From Pseudomonadota bacterium (GTDB lineage: Bacteria; Pseudomonadota; Gammaproteobacteria; Burkholderiales; Burkholderiaceae_B), in contig JBEDEU010000001.1 in the NCBI GenBank assembly GCA_041175585.1, forward strand, positions 1-32,878: DNA of 32,878 nucleotides. The letters are read 5' to 3'. This document shows positions 16,568 to 24,780 of this stretch, piece by piece. A model generated the notes under the pieces. The model was not told where the DNA came from and did no database searches. It saw nothing but the letters and a program-made list of their open reading frames with translations. The first letter of the stretch is position 1. Each line of letters opens with the position of its first letter. Both the position numbers and the translations under genes were made by a program.

Positions 16568-19500
16568 CAACACACTACGGCTGCGCAAAGACTTTCTGGA
16601 TGCCTCAGGGGTATTACTTGTCGTACGGGAGCCACTGCCTGCCCCTCCACCAACCAAGGGGCAACCCGCTGCGGTGCCCGCAAATCCGGCCGAAGGCCAG
16701 GAGGTATTGCTGTCGGTATGGTCTGATGGACGTATCGTTGCACTGCACGGACATGTTGACCTTGGAACAGGCCTGCGCACTGCCTTAGGTCAAATCGTTG
16801 CAGAAGAACTTGATGTCCCCATGGATCAAGTTGAGGTGATTCTCGGCGATACCGGTCGCGCACCCAATCAGGGGCCAACCATTGCAAGCGGTTCAATACA
16901 ACTTCACAGCCCTCCTCTGCGCCAAGCGGCGGCGCAAGCGCGACGCTGGATGCTTCAAGCCGCCGCAGCAAAATGGAATACGCACGCGAACGGCCTGCGC
17001 ACAGAGCGTGGTGAGGTTCTTTACGAACAAGTCGGCCGTGACACTGAACGCGTGACCTATGCCGCGCTCATTGGTGAGACCAACATTCGTTTGTTGCTTG
17101 ATCCTTCCGTTAGTCTTAAGGCCCAAGAAGATCATCATACGATTGGGCAACCGATTCCACGCGTTGACATCCCAGGTAAAGCAACCGGGCAACTGACGTT
17201 CGTTCACGACATGCGTGTGCCTGGAATGCTGCACGGTCGGGTGGTCAGACCACCTTACGCAGGTGCCGACCATGGTGACTTTGTTGGCAACCTTCTGGAG
17301 TCTGTTGACGAGACCTCGATTGCCCATATCCCTGGCATCAAAGCCGTGGTCGTCATTCGTGACTTCATCGGTATTGTTGCCGAACGCGAAGAACTCGCCG
17401 AGCAAGCGGCTAGCCAGTTGCGTGTTGTCTGGAAAGATTGGCCCGGCCTGCCCGACCTGAGTCATCTTGAGAACGCGCTACGGGCAAATCCCTCGACACC
17501 GCGCGAACTCATCAACGAAGGCAATATCGATGCTGCGCTACGGGATGGGGGTACTGAGCTCTCACGCACTTACATCTGGCCCTATCAGATGCATGCCTCA
17601 ATCGGACCGTCTTGCGCGATTGCAGACTGGTCAAACGCTGAACCGTATAAGCTCACTGTATGGGCCGGCACACAAAACCCACATGTGTTGCGCGCCGATC
17701 TCGCGCGCCTGAGCGGGCTGACCGACCTAGACATTGAAATCGTAAGAATGGAAGCCTCAGGCTGCTATGGGCGTAATGGCGCCGATGATGTAGCAGCCGA
17801 CGCAGTATTGCTGTCGCGTGCGGTCGGTGCACCCGTACGTGTGCAGCTCACCCGTGAGCAAGAGAACCTCTGGGAACCAAAAGGCGCAGCGCAGTGGATG
17901 CAAGTACGTGGAGGGTTGGATGCTGCGGGCGACTTTGCAGCCTATGACTTTCAAACCTCTTATCCCTCAAATGGCGCCCCGACTCTTGCGCTGTTACTGA
18001 CACGCACGATTGAGCCTCTCGCCCAAACTTACGAAATGGGTGATCGTACGGCTCGCCCACCCTATCAAGTTGGGAATCTGAGGGTGACGGTCAATGACAT
18101 GCCGCCGATTCTTCGGGCCTCCTGGTTACGTGGCGTATCCGCATTGCCAAATTCGTTCGCGCACGAATCCTATATTGACGAACTTGCGACGCAAGCGGGC
18201 GTTGATCCGGTCGAGTTCCGCCTACGCTATTTAGACGATCCACGCGCAAGAGAACTCTTGCAGGCAACGGCCGACAAAGCTGGCTGGCTGCGTCATACTG
18301 AACCCCAGTTGCAACCCACCGATGGCGATATGTTGCGCGGCCAAGGTGTTGCCTATGCCCGTTATATCCATAGCAAGTGGCCTGGGTTCGGTGCAGCATG
18401 GGCAGCATGGGTGGCGGACGTCGAAGTAAACCGTCACACGGGTGAGGTCCATGTCAAACGCGTCGTGGTTGGGCACGATGCCGGCATGACAATCAACCCA
18501 GCAGGTGTAGAGCATCAAGTGCACGGCAATGTGGTCCAGACCACCAGCCGTGCGCTGCACGAGAGCGTACCGGTACGAAAGCAAGACAACACTGTAGCAA
18601 CGCGTGAATGGGGCTCTTATCCTATTCTGAATTTCCGTCAAGTGCCGGTGATCGATATCTTACAAATGCCTCGTCCCAACGAGGCACCACTTGGTGCGGG
18701 AGAATCTTCGTCCGTTCCCGGTACTGCAGCAATCGCCAATGCAATATTTGATGCAACCGGCATTCGATTTCGTCAGCCGCCTTTCACACCAGAAGTGGTA
18801 CGAGCAGCACTCAACCCCCTGCCTCCCGTAACCCAGCCTGGTTACCCAGCTGAACAACCCATACAACGGGCGCTGCCCGCCGCAGCGAACCCGAATGCGC
18901 ATTGGCCGACGCGAAGACCTTTTGCAAAAAGACTGGCCGCCGTGCTTGCCGGCGTGGCAGGTCTGTCACTAGGCTGGCTCGGCTTACGTGGGCCTGCGCC
19001 TATTGCGCCCATTACTCAGTTCAACCCGGCTCTGTATTCACCACAAACCATAGAGAAGGGTCGACAATTGGTCGCACTGGGTAATTGTGTGACCTGTCAC
19101 ACTGCGCCGAGTGGTCAGCCCAATGCGGGCGGTCTTGGAATACAGACGCCCTTTGGCACGGTCTATTCCACGAACTTAACGCCAGATAAAGATAGCGGCA
19201 TTGGTGCTTGGTCCCTACCCGCTTTTAGGCGTGCGATGCGCGATGGCGTATCGAGAGACGGACATCTGCTCTATCCCGCATTTCCGTACACGTCATTTAA
19301 AAACATGACGGATGAGGACATTACATCGATTTATGCCTACTTAATGGTGCAAGCACCCGTCGCACAAAACAACCCAGCGACGCAACTATCAGCACCGTTT
19401 TCGTATCGTCCTCTCATGGCTGTCTGGAATGCCTTATACAGCGAGCCCGCCACCTCACAGACTTTGCTTGCTGATCAAGGCGAGCTTTGGAACCGTGGCG

Positions 19501-20246
19501 CATATCTCGTGAACGGTGTTGGACACTGCACGGCCTGCCATACACCTCGCGATATGCTTGGTGGCGAAAAGCTTGGGCAGGGATTTTTATCTGGTGCTTG
19601 GATCAAAGGCTGGGAAGCGCCCGCTTTAACCGCCGCATCGAAGTCACCGGTCAGATGGACTGAGCAATCTTTCTACGATTATTTACGTACGGGTTTTAGT
19701 GGACAACACGGTAGTGCTGGCGGCCCAATGGCACCGGTTGTGCAGCAACTCGCATCCGTCCCGGACAGCGATATCAAAGCGATGGCCCACTATCTCGCTT
19801 CGTTTCAAGACGCGGCCACACCCGCCCAAGCAACACACGCGGCACAAGATTATGTTGTAGCAGCCAAAACCTCTAGCGCGACTTTGCTCGGACCTGCCCA
19901 AAGAATGTTCACGATGGCTTGCGCTGCGTGTCATCACGACGGCGATGGACCCAAGCTCCTCGGTGCGAATATCCCGCTGGCGCTCAACACGAACTTACAC
20001 AGCGATAAGCCAGACAATGTCATTCGTGTGATTCTGGAAGGCGTACGTAAGCCTGCGAGCCAAGCGATCGGTTTTATGCCGTCCTTTGCCGGCCAACTCG
20101 AAGACGAGCAGGTTAGTGCGTTAGTGCAATATATGCGTGCCCGCTTCGCACCCGACAAAGCCGCCTGGAATAATCTAGAGCAAAGCATTGCTCGCATCCG
20201 CAAAGAGACTGCCAGCCAGACAGGGCTTACTACCCCTGCAAAGTAA
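16557..20246 (+). CDS. nicB: Molybdopterin large subunit fused to a tri-haem cytochrome c (nicotinate dehydrogenase subunit B)
   Basis: Xanthine-oxidase-family segments GHVDLGTG, QIVAEEL, HASIGPS, GCYGRNG, WLRG and GAGE. A hydrophobic helix LAAVLAGVAGLSLGWLGL follows, then three CxxCH motifs (CVTCH ~19086, CTACH ~19527, CAACH ~19920). The architecture matches Pseudomonas putida NicB. Confidence 0.85.
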   Translation: MALSNTLRLRKDFLDASGVLLVVREPLPAPPPTKGQPAAVPANPAEGQEVLLSVWSDGRIVALHGHVDLGTGLRTALGQIVAEELDVPMDQVEVILGDTGRAPNQGPTIASGSIQLHSPPLRQAAAQARRWMLQAAAAKWNTHANGLRTERGEVLYEQVGRDTERVTYAALIGETNIRLLLDPSVSLKAQEDHHTIGQPIPRVDIPGKATGQLTFVHDMRVPGMLHGRVVRPPYAGADHGDFVGNLLESVDETSIAHIPGIKAVVVIRDFIGIVAEREELAEQAASQLRVVWKDWPGLPDLSHLENALRANPSTPRELINEGNIDAALRDGGTELSRTYIWPYQMHASIGPSCAIADWSNAEPYKLTVWAGTQNPHVLRADLARLSGLTDLDIEIVRMEASGCYGRNGADDVAADAVLLSRAVGAPVRVQLTREQENLWEPKGAAQWMQVRGGLDAAGDFAAYDFQTSYPSNGAPTLALLLTRTIEPLAQTYEMGDRTARPPYQVGNLRVTVNDMPPILRASWLRGVSALPNSFAHESYIDELATQAGVDPVEFRLRYLDDPRARELLQATADKAGWLRHTEPQLQPTDGDMLRGQGVAYARYIHSKWPGFGAAWAAWVADVEVNRHTGEVHVKRVVVGHDAGMTINPAGVEHQVHGNVVQTTSRALHESVPVRKQDNTVATREWGSYPILNFRQVPVIDILQMPRPNEAPLGAGESSSVPGTAAIANAIFDATGIRFRQPPFTPEVVRAALNPLPPVTQPGYPAEQPIQRALPAAANPNAHWPTRRPFAKRLAAVLAGVAGLSLGWLGLRGPAPIAPITQFNPALYSPQTIEKGRQLVALGNCVTCHTAPSGQPNAGGLGIQTPFGTVYSTNLTPDKDSGIGAWSLPAFRRAMRDGVSRDGHLLYPAFPYTSFKNMTDEDITSIYAYLMVQAPVAQNNPATQLSAPFSYRPLMAVWNALYSEPATSQTLLADQGELWNRGAYLVNGVGHCTACHTPRDMLGGEKLGQGFLSGAWIKGWEAPALTAASKSPVRWTEQSFYDYLRTGFSGQHGSAGGPMAPVVQQLASVPDSDIKAMAHYLASFQDAATPAQATHAAQDYVVAAKTSSATLLGPAQRMFTMACAACHHDGDGPKLLGANIPLALNTNLHSDKPDNVIRVILEGVRKPASQAIGFMPSFAGQLEDEQVSALVQYMRARFAPDKAAWNNLEQSIARIRKETASQTGLTTPAK

Positions 20247-20901
20247 ACCGGACGGGAAACTCCACCCAACTTGCCATGGCGGTCCCCTGCGATCTCGCGG
20301 GTTTAAAGCGCCAACGCGCGACGGCGCGCAACGCAGACTCATCGAATAGCCGATAGCCACTGGTTTTAAACAAAACGATTTGCTCAGGCAAACCCGAGCG
20401 ATCAACGCGTACCCGTAACCATACCGTCCCTTCGATTCCTCGCTGACGCAGCATCATCGGGTAGTCAGGCGGTGGATTAAGATGATGTTGTGCTCGTGCG
20501 TGAGCATCTTGTCCGACGTCACCTCGGGAGGCGCTCGGTTGTCCATCTACGACACCCCCCTGCTTGGTTGCGACACGCAACGTTTCCTTTACTTGTTTAA
20601 CCGTTGGCAACGGAGGACTGACGGCTTCGCTGGGGATCTCCGCTTCCGATGGTTTCGCTGATTCTTCAGGGATGGCGACGGGTAGATCATCGACAAACGC
20701 GTACTCGCTCGCTCCAACTTCGGCAGGCTGTATATCAGAGATAGCAATCATCAATACGCTATCAGTTTTCGCGAAGGGATGAACGCTACCGACTTGTTGC
20801 CAATCCACGACGGCGAAGAAGATCAGCGCCGAAGCGATGAGCAGATGTATCAACAGCGCCGGCAGAATTGGCCGCCGATCAAAACAATGAAAAAAATACA
20901 T
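20230..20901 (-). CDS. tonB: TonB energy transducer
   Basis: N-terminal TM with His (ALLIHLLI), a P/E-rich linker, and C-terminal PPDYP...GIEGTVWLRVRV...SGYRLFDESALRAVARWRFKPA...PVRF. Confidence 0.88.
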   Translation of the reverse strand: MYFFHCFDRRPILPALLIHLLIASALIFFAVVDWQQVGSVHPFAKTDSVLMIAISDIQPAEVGASEYAFVDDLPVAIPEESAKPSEAEIPSEAVSPPLPTVKQVKETLRVATKQGGVVDGQPSASRGDVGQDAHARAQHHLNPPPDYPMMLRQRGIEGTVWLRVRVDRSGLPEQIVLFKTSGYRLFDESALRAVARWRFKPARSQGTAMASWVEFPVRFTLQG

Positions 20902-21692
20902 TATCGATCCCTCGTCGAAGTGGTTGCGCGTAAAAACAAGACATCATCAATTCGATGCACCAAGAAGTGCACACCAAACAGACGCTCTAAGTCTGGCAAG
21001 GCTTTCAAAGACGCTGAACAATCCGCAAACTGTTGTCCACGTTCAAGCATGATCAGTCGGTCAAATCGTTGCAGTGCAAGCTGCACATCATGCAACACAG
21101 CGATCAAGGTATGGCCACGTAGCCGAGTGAACATTTCCAATTGCTCAGAAAGCTCAAGAGCAAGGCCCGGGTCAAATGCAGCAAACGGTTCATCGACTAG
21201 CAATAACCCACCGCGTGCCTCCCAAAGCTGCGCAAAGACACGTGCAAGATGGACACGTGCAAGCTCACCGCCAGACAATCCGACTGTTGTTCGCTCCAGA
21301 AGGTGGTCCGCACGCGCCAATAATGCCGACTGCCTGATGATCTGATCGGAGTTCTGATCAAAATGCTTACCTAATCTGCCCAATCCAATGACGAGCTTTA
21401 CTGGCATATCAAAGGTATTTTGATATGCCTGGGGCAAGACCGCCCGCAGATGACTCAATGCAGTCGGACCAAAGGTACTGAGAGGCCTTCCCATCAAGTT
21501 CAGGATGCCAGAGGCGGTCGCGCACTCACCCGATATCAATTTAAGCAAGGATGACTTTCCGGCGCCGCTCGGACCAAGAATGGCGATACGCTCACCTGGA
21601 GCGATATCGAAAGTAAAGGGGCCAAAGTCCATAGACCCAATTCGTGCGCGTGCCTCGTGCAGACGTAACTGACAAACGAGACGATGACTCAT
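20901..21692 (-). CDS. hmuV: Haem ABC transporter ATPase
   Basis: GPSGAGKS, RAVLPQ, LSGGE, ARVFAQLW, LVDEP and LHD. Start at ATG 21692 (ATGA overlap with hmuU). Confidence 0.85.
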   Translation of the reverse strand: MSHRLVCQLRLHEARARIGSMDFGPFTFDIAPGERIAILGPSGAGKSSLLKLISGECATASGILNLMGRPLSTFGPTALSHLRAVLPQAYQNTFDMPVKLVIGLGRLGKHFDQNSDQIIRQSALLARADHLLERTTVGLSGGELARVHLARVFAQLWEARGGLLLVDEPFAAFDPGLALELSEQLEMFTRLRGHTLIAVLHDVQLALQRFDRLIMLERGQQFADCSASLKALPDLERLFGVHFLVHRIDDVLFLRATTSTRDR

Positions 21693-22732
21693 GCCGTCCT
21701 TCCTTTGCCTCGCACTAGCAACCACAAAAAGAAGGAGCTACCCAACAACGCGGTAAAGATCCCCACAGGCACCTCGGCGGGTACAGCAATCGTTCGCGCC
21801 AAGGTGTCGGCACAAATTAGCAAAATAGCCCCACCAATTGCAGATAGCGGTAAAACGCGTCGCAGATCAGCGCCTGCTGTCATGCGCACTAAATGCGGTG
21901 CCACGAGCCCAACGAAGCCAATCACGCCACAAAATGCCACAGCAAAGCCAGCTAGGGCCGCCACGATCAAGACGACCCGTAACCGTAGGCTTGGTAAGCA
22001 AACCCCCACATGCCGGGCGATATTTTCCCCAAGCAACAGTGCGTTGAGCCTCTGCACGAGCCCAAGCGTCGCAACCCAGACACCCACCAATAAGCCACTG
22101 ACTACGGTGACTAGCGTCCAGCTTGCGTTGGATAGCGTGCCGAGTGTCCAGAAAGTGAGACTACGTAGCTGGCTATCTGTCGCCGTATAGGCACACAACC
22201 CAATCACAGCTCCCGCAAGTGCATTGATTGCAATCCCAGTCAAAAGCAGCCCTGCGATGGAACCAGCCATCCAGCGGCGAGACACACCATCGAGCAATAA
22301 ACACACAAGTACTGCACCGCTAAAGGCGATCAGAGGCAGCACGAGCCAGTGCGTGGCCGCACCACCTAAAGCCTGACTCTGTGTCAAAAAAACAATCGAT
22401 AGTGCCGCTGCACACGCGGCGCCTGAGGAAATACCAAGTAAACCCGGCTCCGCCAGGGGGTTCCGAAACAATGCCTGTGTCAACGCTCCTGAAAAACCCA
22501 GGCTGGCACCGATTAACGCCGCAAACAGCACGCGAGGCAAACGGATATCCCATAAGATTTGTCGATTACTAACCGCCAACATATCGATGTCTGGTGTGTC
22601 CAGCCAGAACAGCCATGCAGATTGATCGAGTACTAGCGCACCAAAGTGTGTTGCGCCTAGGACAGCCAAGAGCAACACGATTAGCAGACCAAGCGTTGCG
22701 GACGCGGCACTGTTGCGCAGAATCCGACTCAT
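21689..22732 (-). CDS. hmuU: Haem ABC transporter permease (FecCD family)
   Basis: DIRLPRV, QALFRNPLAEPGLLGISSGA, FWTLG, GVIGFVGLVAPH and EVPVGI. Confidence 0.9.
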   Translation of the reverse strand: MSRILRNSAASATLGLLIVLLLAVLGATHFGALVLDQSAWLFWLDTPDIDMLAVSNRQILWDIRLPRVLFAALIGASLGFSGALTQALFRNPLAEPGLLGISSGAACAAALSIVFLTQSQALGGAATHWLVLPLIAFSGAVLVCLLLDGVSRRWMAGSIAGLLLTGIAINALAGAVIGLCAYTATDSQLRSLTFWTLGTLSNASWTLVTVVSGLLVGVWVATLGLVQRLNALLLGENIARHVGVCLPSLRLRVVLIVAALAGFAVAFCGVIGFVGLVAPHLVRMTAGADLRRVLPLSAIGGAILLICADTLARTIAVPAEVPVGIFTALLGSSFFLWLLVRGKGRTA

Positions 22733-23646
22733 ACCCGCATCGCCTCGCTTGAAGCGCGTCGTAACGCCAATATCGCATCTGGCATGCGCGGCCCAAAGCC
22801 CAAGAGAAACATGGTGTCAAACACGAGCCATCTCGATTCGTGCGCAGCCGGTGTCATTGCTAGGCCTTTAATCTGCATGATCGATTCGCTTGCACCTGAA
22901 GCACTCTGGTGAGCCATGGAGTCAGGCTGTGTCAGGACAAGCAAATCCGGCTGGGCGGCGATCAAGGCCTCCGTTGTAATGGGACGATAGCCCGCCGTGC
23001 CCGCAAAGGCGTTTTGCAACCCTGCGTGTTGCAGCATCGCATGCGCGCCAGTACCCGAACCCGCGACGATAAACTGACCAGGCGATTGCCCCAGAATGAA
23101 CATCACCCGGGCATTGGTCTGTGGCGCGAGTGTGTGCAGTACCACAGCACCCCACTCTCGCCGCAGTTTCTCAGCGAGTGATTTGGCCCGTTCCTCGCAC
23201 CTCAAGATCCGACCGAGCTGCTTGACCCGCAAAATCAGTGCCTCGGCTGTATAACCATCCTCAGCAGTCGACACAGCAACACCAGCGCTTCGCAAACGTG
23301 ACAATACCGAAATCGGTCCGGCGTCTTGACTCACAATCACATTCTGTGGCGCCAAGGCAAGAATGCCTTCCAAAGACAGATTACGGGCGTATCCCACACT
23401 AGGTAAACGTCGCACACCGAGGGGAAATCTCGACGTTGTATCCACACCAACGAGACTAGACTCCTGTCCTAAGGCACAAACGATCTCGGTTAGCCCACCT
23501 CCGACACACACAACGCGTCTCTTGGAATTAGGTCGCACTTGAGCTGCGTTTGCGTCTGTGATTCCCGACAAAACACTTAGGCAAGCCGCTTGCAGCAGCT
23601 GGCGTCGACCAATGAGGCCAGTGGGCAACAGTCTCAATGAAGGCAT
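22729..23646 (-). CDS. hmuT: Haem ABC transporter periplasmic binding protein
   Basis: GGGLTEIVCALG, VGVDTTS, VGYARNLSLEGILAL (conserved haem-ligand Tyr) and LGFGPR. Confidence 0.88.
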   Translation of the reverse strand: MPSLRLLPTGLIGRRQLLQAACLSVLSGITDANAAQVRPNSKRRVVCVGGGLTEIVCALGQESSLVGVDTTSRFPLGVRRLPSVGYARNLSLEGILALAPQNVIVSQDAGPISVLSRLRSAGVAVSTAEDGYTAEALILRVKQLGRILRCEERAKSLAEKLRREWGAVVLHTLAPQTNARVMFILGQSPGQFIVAGSGTGAHAMLQHAGLQNAFAGTAGYRPITTEALIAAQPDLLVLTQPDSMAHQSASGASESIMQIKGLAMTPAAHESRWLVFDTMFLLGFGPRMPDAILALRRASSEAMRV

Positions 23647-24770
23647 GCCTCAGCCTCCATCGCCAACGATTCCGTCAATTCCCTCCACGTTTGAAGCTCA
23701 GGGCTATCTAGCTCACGTTCTCCAAAAAATGTCACGACAAGCTCACCATGTTCATCGAACGCCTCAATCGACGTGACATAGCCATTTTGTGTTGGTTTCT
23801 TTACTAGCCAAAGCGTCCTGACGCTCTCAAGCAACAAATGTAAATTAAAGTGATCGTCCAGTACATTTAGCCAAGCTTTGCTGCGCACTACTCTACTCAC
23901 CGTGCCTGAGTGGATTTGCAGCATCCCCTGATTCCCTACAAAAACCATAATAGGGATTTTCTGCTCAGATGCGCGATGCAAGAGAGACTCAATTTGGTCT
24001 AGCTGCAGTGGCTGAACGAAATCGCTTTCAGCTAAGCGCAGCGCCGCAATACGAGAAATTGAAAATCGTTTCAGCAAATCGAAAAATTCATGTGTATCGT
24101 TAAGATTTCGCCATGCCTGATGAAAAGCTCGGACATCAACATGCTCAGTGACGCAACGACTCGGCGCCGGGCGGCTCGGCACACGGGCAAACTCTCCTAT
24201 TGTCTGGTCCGGATACCGAAACCGCTTCACGAAGTGGTGATACTGCTGCAGATCGCTCTGAGGGCGCATAAACACTTTATGTATCGCGACACCGGTTTCA
24301 TCGAAAAACTGCAAACTGTACTGTGTCGTGTCATCCGAGCTTACAGCTGAACTTGAGGATGCCTGCCTCGACTCAGTCACCGCAAAAGCAAAACGCCATG
24401 CACGATAGAAAGCGCGCAATTCAATTGCCTCACCCTGAATAAGCCCGATACCATTTCGATGGCTAATATTTCTGTAATGCCCAATGCTCTCATGCACACA
24501 CGCGTGGTTGCGTGTCAACGCCATGACGGATCCTAAAGCCTCAAGCGACTCCAACATTGCAGGCCAATCATCAGATATACGGATAACATTCAAGGAATTC
24601 GATATAGCGATTTGATCTGCATCTGTCGCGCAGTCTGCATCGCCCAGATGTGCTGCGATAAGCTGCCCTTCGGTGATATTTAACTGCTGTGCGATATCAC
24701 GCACCCGCATCCCGTGTATGCGACGCATTGCATGATAAGAATTTTTAATCGTCTCTTGAGTAAGTACCAT
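23634..24770 (-). CDS. hmuS: HemS/ChuS-family haem trafficking/degrading protein
   Basis: RVRDIAQQLNITEG, VMALTRN...VHE, SLQFFD..G.AIHK, DTHEFF, IMVFVGN.G.LQIHSG, WLNVLD..FNLHL and FFGER. Start at ATG 24770 (AGAGG RBS). Confidence 0.9.
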   Translation of the reverse strand: MVLTQETIKNSYHAMRRIHGMRVRDIAQQLNITEGQLIAAHLGDADCATDADQIAISNSLNVIRISDDWPAMLESLEALGSVMALTRNHACVHESIGHYRNISHRNGIGLIQGEAIELRAFYRAWRFAFAVTESRQASSSSAVSSDDTTQYSLQFFDETGVAIHKVFMRPQSDLQQYHHFVKRFRYPDQTIGEFARVPSRPAPSRCVTEHVDVRAFHQAWRNLNDTHEFFDLLKRFSISRIAALRLAESDFVQPLQLDQIESLLHRASEQKIPIMVFVGNQGMLQIHSGTVSRVVRSKAWLNVLDDHFNLHLLLESVRTLWLVKKPTQNGYVTSIEAFDEHGELVVTFFGERELDSPELQTWRELTESLAMEAEACLH

Positions 24771-24780
24771 GGTGGCCTCT

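Noticed and set aside
16557-20246. Xanthine or CO dehydrogenase
   Set aside because: There is no FAD subunit, and the cytochrome c fusion and hnr/ena context favour NicB.
20779-22190. Long antisense ORFs 20779..21345 and 21684..22190, and similar ones elsewhere
   Set aside because: They are shadows of well-supported genes and have no recognisable motifs.
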